Below are positions 60,390 to 64,000 of a DNA stretch of 64,000 bases, piece by piece. A program made the translations under genes and the position numbers. The notes under the pieces are model-generated. The model saw nothing but the letters and a program-made list of their open reading frames with translations, did not search any database and had not been told where the DNA came from. This stretch comes from Candidatus Bathyarchaeota archaeon (GTDB taxonomy: Archaea; Thermoproteota; Bathyarchaeia; Bathyarchaeales; Bathycorpusculaceae), in assembly GCA_963782525.1 (NCBI GenBank), contig CAWAKC010000009.1, positions 64,001-128,000 of the forward strand, read 5' to 3'. Numbering within the stretch: the stretch's first letter is position 1; each line of letters starts with the position of its first letter.

Positions 60390-61109
60390 TTAAATCTGAG
60401 CGTCGAAGCTATCTTTTTCTTCTTTTTTATTCTGTTCTTCGTCTGGTTTTTTGGGCTGTTCATTGGCAGTGGCAGCTGGGGCAGTGGTAGATGGTTTTGA
60501 TTTCCGTTTCTTCTGCACTACCATAACTATCAGAGCTAAAACAACGACCACAACGATTGCCGCTACTGCAAGGTAGATTATCAGAGTCAAGGGGGATGTT
60601 GAACTTGTTGTCTGTCCTCCGCCGCCTCCAGTTGGACTTGTGGTTATGGTAGGAGTGGTTCCAGTTGTGTTAGCTGGTAATACTTGAATGACTGCTGTTG
60701 TAGAGTTCCAGTAGAATTCGTTTTGGTTAGTGCTTTCCGTTCCGTCAACCCCGACGAAGTAAGTGTGTGTACCGACGCTTACGTTTGTGGGGACTTGGAC
60801 AGCGAATGGAGGTGTAGTGTAACTGCCGTTGGCGGCGAGAGTTACAGGATTACCGCTTAAGTTTGGACCAAAGAATAAACCGCTATCCATCCAGTCAAAA
60901 TTGACACCTACGTGCAATAACTGGATCTCTTCAGCTGTATTGCTGTCAACAGTAATTCTCACCATTATTGAGCTACCAATGTTCACAGAGTTTTTTGAAA
61001 GAACTGGAAAAGCTGAGATTGCCCCAGTGTCAAGGGCAGAAACTAAACTACCGCCAATCAAAAGAGCTACGATGAAAGAAATGATCAGCATGATTTTTAG
61101 TGTCTTCAC
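60390..61109 (-). CDS. Secreted Ig-like protein with TM and cytoplasmic tail
   Basis: Signal peptide; GVNFDWM; T/G linker; TM. Confidence 0.75.
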   Translation of the reverse strand: MKTLKIMLIISFIVALLIGGSLVSALDTGAISAFPVLSKNSVNIGSSIMVRITVDSNTAEEIQLLHVGVNFDWMDSGLFFGPNLSGNPVTLAANGSYTTPPFAVQVPTNVSVGTHTYFVGVDGTESTNQNEFYWNSTTAVIQVLPANTTGTTPTITTSPTGGGGGQTTSSTSPLTLIIYLAVAAIVVVVVLALIVMVVQKKRKSKPSTTAPAATANEQPKKPDEEQNKKEEKDSFDAQI

Positions 61110-61368
61110 TCTAATTCCTCTATCACGGGTTATTTTCCCTTCTAACTATATATTGGTTTTCCATATTCTCACCTATATAAGAAAGGATGCCGCCACTGCA
61201 ATTCACAGCAATCGCTATCAAGCGAAATCATTATTGTTTCTTCACTCTTATTCGCGGATACAAACAACAGAGTCAAAGCAAGACTCAAGGCAATTTACAT
61301 GCTAAAGCTCAGCTTGGCGATAGTCTTAAGTTAATGTAAACAGTTTTGGCTTTGGGAAACAACGTAAA

Positions 61369-61674
61369 ATGGACACTATAGGATACGCGAATTTAGCATT
61401 GGATTTAGCAAGTGTGATAAACTTTATCGCCCTTCTCCTGATGCTAAGAGCAGTAATAAAAAGCCGCAACGCCCTAAGAGGATACAGCATTTCAGGTTCA
61501 TTTTTAACTTTTGTCTCCATTGTTGGCTTCGAAATAGCATATTACCTTATAGGAAACATAGTTGGTTTCGCACTGGGATGGGCAACTGTAGCTTTCTGGT
61601 TCATAGCGTTCCTATACAGTCTTAGACAAAGATTGAAGGGAACCCCAAAACAGAAAGAAATGATTGAACCTTAG
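61369..61674 (+). CDS. Three-TM small membrane protein (SemiSWEET/PQ-loop-like size)
   Basis: 3 TMs; KSRNALRGYS loop; no PQ motif. Confidence 0.55.
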   Translation: MDTIGYANLALDLASVINFIALLLMLRAVIKSRNALRGYSISGSFLTFVSIVGFEIAYYLIGNIVGFALGWATVAFWFIAFLYSLRQRLKGTPKQKEMIEP

Positions 61675-63338
61675 TTCGCTGGAAGCAGAATTGTGAATTT
61701 GGCGCCCTTTCCAACTGTGCTCTCAAAGCCAATGTTACCGCCATGCGCTTCTATAACCCGTTTGCACACAGCTAAACCGAAACCTTGTCCACGCGGTTTA
61801 GTGGTGAATAAGGGAGTAAAAATCTGGTTTTTAATTGCATCGGGAATCCCAACACCCGTATCATCCACTGTAATGGAGACTTTCCCGTTTGAATTAACCT
61901 GCCCAATCAACGTTAATGTGCCTCCATCCGGCATAGCCTGCACAGAGTTAGTTACCAAATTGATTAAAACCCGCTTCAGCAGTTGAAGATCAGCTTTAAT
62001 CTGTGGAAAATCATCACCGATTCGTGTTTGCACAACAATGTTTTTTGGAGCTACAATTGACGCCATAACGGCGTTCACGAGTTCTTTTAAGTTGATTGGC
62101 TTTTTGTCTATCTTAACGGGTTGCACGAACGCTTGTAGGTCAGAAACAATCTTGTTCATGTAAACCGCTTGCTCTTCAATTACTTGAATGCTCTCTTTGA
62201 GGTTGTTTTTGACTTCGCCATCGTCTAGCGAGTTAACTTCGTTTTTGGCTAAATACAATTCACCTGTAATGGTCTGCAGTGGATTACGAAGGTCATGCCC
62301 AACCATACCCGCGGTTTGACCAATAGCCACCAACCGTTCTGAATCTTTAAGCTGCTTAGTGCGTTCTTCGATAACTTTTTTAAGATAATCTGCGTGATCC
62401 TGAAGGTTTTTCTGCCGTTCTTTTTGTTCGGTGATATCCCGAACAATCGACCATACGCCTACGACTTTTCCTTTTTCGTCAGTTAACCGCCAAGTTCTAA
62501 CGGAAGCTGGAAATATTGATCCGTCTTTTCGTTTGTACTCTCTTTCAAAAACAATGGAGCGGCCGGTCTGTAGGACTTTTTTAACGATTTTTGCTCTTTC
62601 TTCAAGCCATTTTTCAGGAATAAGTTCTTGGGCACTCAAATTTTTGAGTTCTTTTTTTGAGTATCCCAACATCTTTGCATACGCAACGTTACAATCAATC
62701 ATGTTTCCCTGCGCATCGCGAGCCATAATTCCGTCCTGGGTTGTCTCGTACAGACGCCGATATTTCTTTTCGGAAAATGAAAGCTGCTGCTCAGATGTCT
62801 TCTGTTCTTCAAGCTCGTGAGCAGCTCGTTTTTTCTGCTCCGTTATATCCATGAACACTGAAACAAAAAATGTTTTTTTTGGGCTATAAATGTAGATTTG
62901 ATACCACTTATCTTTGGGAGCGCTGTAGAACTCAAAATACTCGGGCACACCTGTGGTGGCGACCCGCCCATAAATTCGTAACCAATCTATTGGGTCATCT
63001 TTTATTTTTGGATTGAACTCTATTGCTTTTTGTCCGATTCGTTCTCTTTTAAAAGAATGAATATTGTCATAGGCCTGATTGCTTTCAAGTAGAATGTAGT
63101 CAACGGGCTTGCCTTTTTTGTCGTAAACCATCTTATATATGGCAACAGCCTGCGGAAGATTGTCAAATAAGATTTTGAACTCGTGGTTCTTTATGCCCAG
63201 TTCTCCAAGAAAATTGTTGTTTATATCGACAAATTTTTTTATTTTAGTGGGAGTTTGTAAAGAATGGATTAATGGGGGCGTCTGCCTGTTTGCCTTTGAC
63301 TGGGCAACATCGATAGAATTCACTATCATTATCCCCAC
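61671..63338 (-). CDS. PAS-PAS sensor histidine kinase
   Basis: GHDLRNPLQ H-box; NLVTNS, DTGVGI, FTTK, GFGL boxes. Confidence 0.95.
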   Translation of the reverse strand: MGIMIVNSIDVAQSKANRQTPPLIHSLQTPTKIKKFVDINNNFLGELGIKNHEFKILFDNLPQAVAIYKMVYDKKGKPVDYILLESNQAYDNIHSFKRERIGQKAIEFNPKIKDDPIDWLRIYGRVATTGVPEYFEFYSAPKDKWYQIYIYSPKKTFFVSVFMDITEQKKRAAHELEEQKTSEQQLSFSEKKYRRLYETTQDGIMARDAQGNMIDCNVAYAKMLGYSKKELKNLSAQELIPEKWLEERAKIVKKVLQTGRSIVFEREYKRKDGSIFPASVRTWRLTDEKGKVVGVWSIVRDITEQKERQKNLQDHADYLKKVIEERTKQLKDSERLVAIGQTAGMVGHDLRNPLQTITGELYLAKNEVNSLDDGEVKNNLKESIQVIEEQAVYMNKIVSDLQAFVQPVKIDKKPINLKELVNAVMASIVAPKNIVVQTRIGDDFPQIKADLQLLKRVLINLVTNSVQAMPDGGTLTLIGQVNSNGKVSITVDDTGVGIPDAIKNQIFTPLFTTKPRGQGFGLAVCKRVIEAHGGNIGFESTVGKGAKFTILLPAN

Positions 63339-63423
63339 TAAGATATTAGGTTAAATACATAAAAGACTTTCCAAAGTCTTATTTATCAATAAACATCGAA
63401 CAAAGAATTAATTCAATTAAAAA

Positions 63424-64000
63424 TTATCTCGACTTTGAACTTAACCTAATTGAATAATTAAAAGTTTCATTGTTCGGTCGCATAGAATAACTCAACCCAG
63501 CCCAAGAAAATCTCTTCCTTGTGTGCTCCCAACCCCTAAAAAGCCTGACGCCTCCAGAGTTTCCTAAACAGAAAGAAACTTGTCCCCGGGACTCCTGCAG
63601 GGATGCCTGGTCAGCGGTAACTGTTTCCCAAGCACCTATCTTGTGGTCAAGAAAGCGTAAGCCATTTGAATCAACGTACTTGCGGAAGAAACTTGAGCCT
63701 TGCTCGTTTAAAACCAAGACTTCACTACATTTGTCTAAAACTATTTTTGAAAAATCCGCGCCGATATCGATAGATGTTGGTTGGTAGTGGTAGGTTATTG
63801 TCACTTTTCCGCGGGGTTTAACTTTTATAAATTCTGTTTTTATGTTTGCTAAATCCCTGAACTCCATAACTTTGTTGAAGAGCGGAGTTAATTTTTTGTG
63901 TTTCAGGTATAAGCTTTGGAAGGTTTTTCTCAACGATGAATATAGGGCGTCGTCGATGTAGGTTGCACTTCCGAACTTTTTGAGTGAAACTGTATCTAAG
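63424..64000 (-). CDS. Hypothetical protein, 5' end beyond the window
   Basis: Frame stays open from 63933 to the window edge. Confidence 0.6.
   Translation of the reverse strand, partial: LDTVSLKKFGSATYIDDALYSSLRKTFQSLYLKHKKLTPLFNKVMEFRDLANIKTEFIKVKPRGKVTITYHYQPTSIDIGADFSKIVLDKCSEVLVLNEQGSSFFRKYVDSNGLRFLDHKIGAWETVTADQASLQESRGQVSFCLGNSGGVRLFRGWEHTRKRFSWAGLSYSMRPNNETFNYSIRLSSKSR

Overview
Archaeal chromosomal window, most likely Bathyarchaeia. This is inferred from gene content and protein style, not from a database search. (1) 1-6.6 kb is the right end of an integrative element: a Prim-Pol/PriL-like/SF3-helicase replication gene with an internal inverted-iteron structure, followed by degenerate copies of the same element end interleaved with toxin-antitoxin pairs. 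(2) 6.7-33 kb is an accessory surface and regulatory region: GT2 enzymes, several winged-helix regulators, small paralogous peptides, three ~900-aa PQQ-like beta-propeller surface proteins, and an Ig-repeat surface protein. One propeller gene lies with TrmB between 81-bp direct repeats. (3) 33-51.7 kb is mostly core genes (ESCRT-III/CdvB-like, DGGGP synthase, endA, glyS, radical SAM, SelB-like, rpl12, presenilin-like protease, SPOUT, PGI/PMI, ino1). (4) 51.8-58.1 kb holds tRNA-Ala(GGC) flanked by accessory DNA, a short gene array punctuated by a repeated palindrome, and an IS1182 element. (5) 58.4-64 kb holds a polyferredoxin, surface proteins and a PAS histidine kinase. No CRISPR array or rRNA was seen. 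All calls come from reading motifs by eye.
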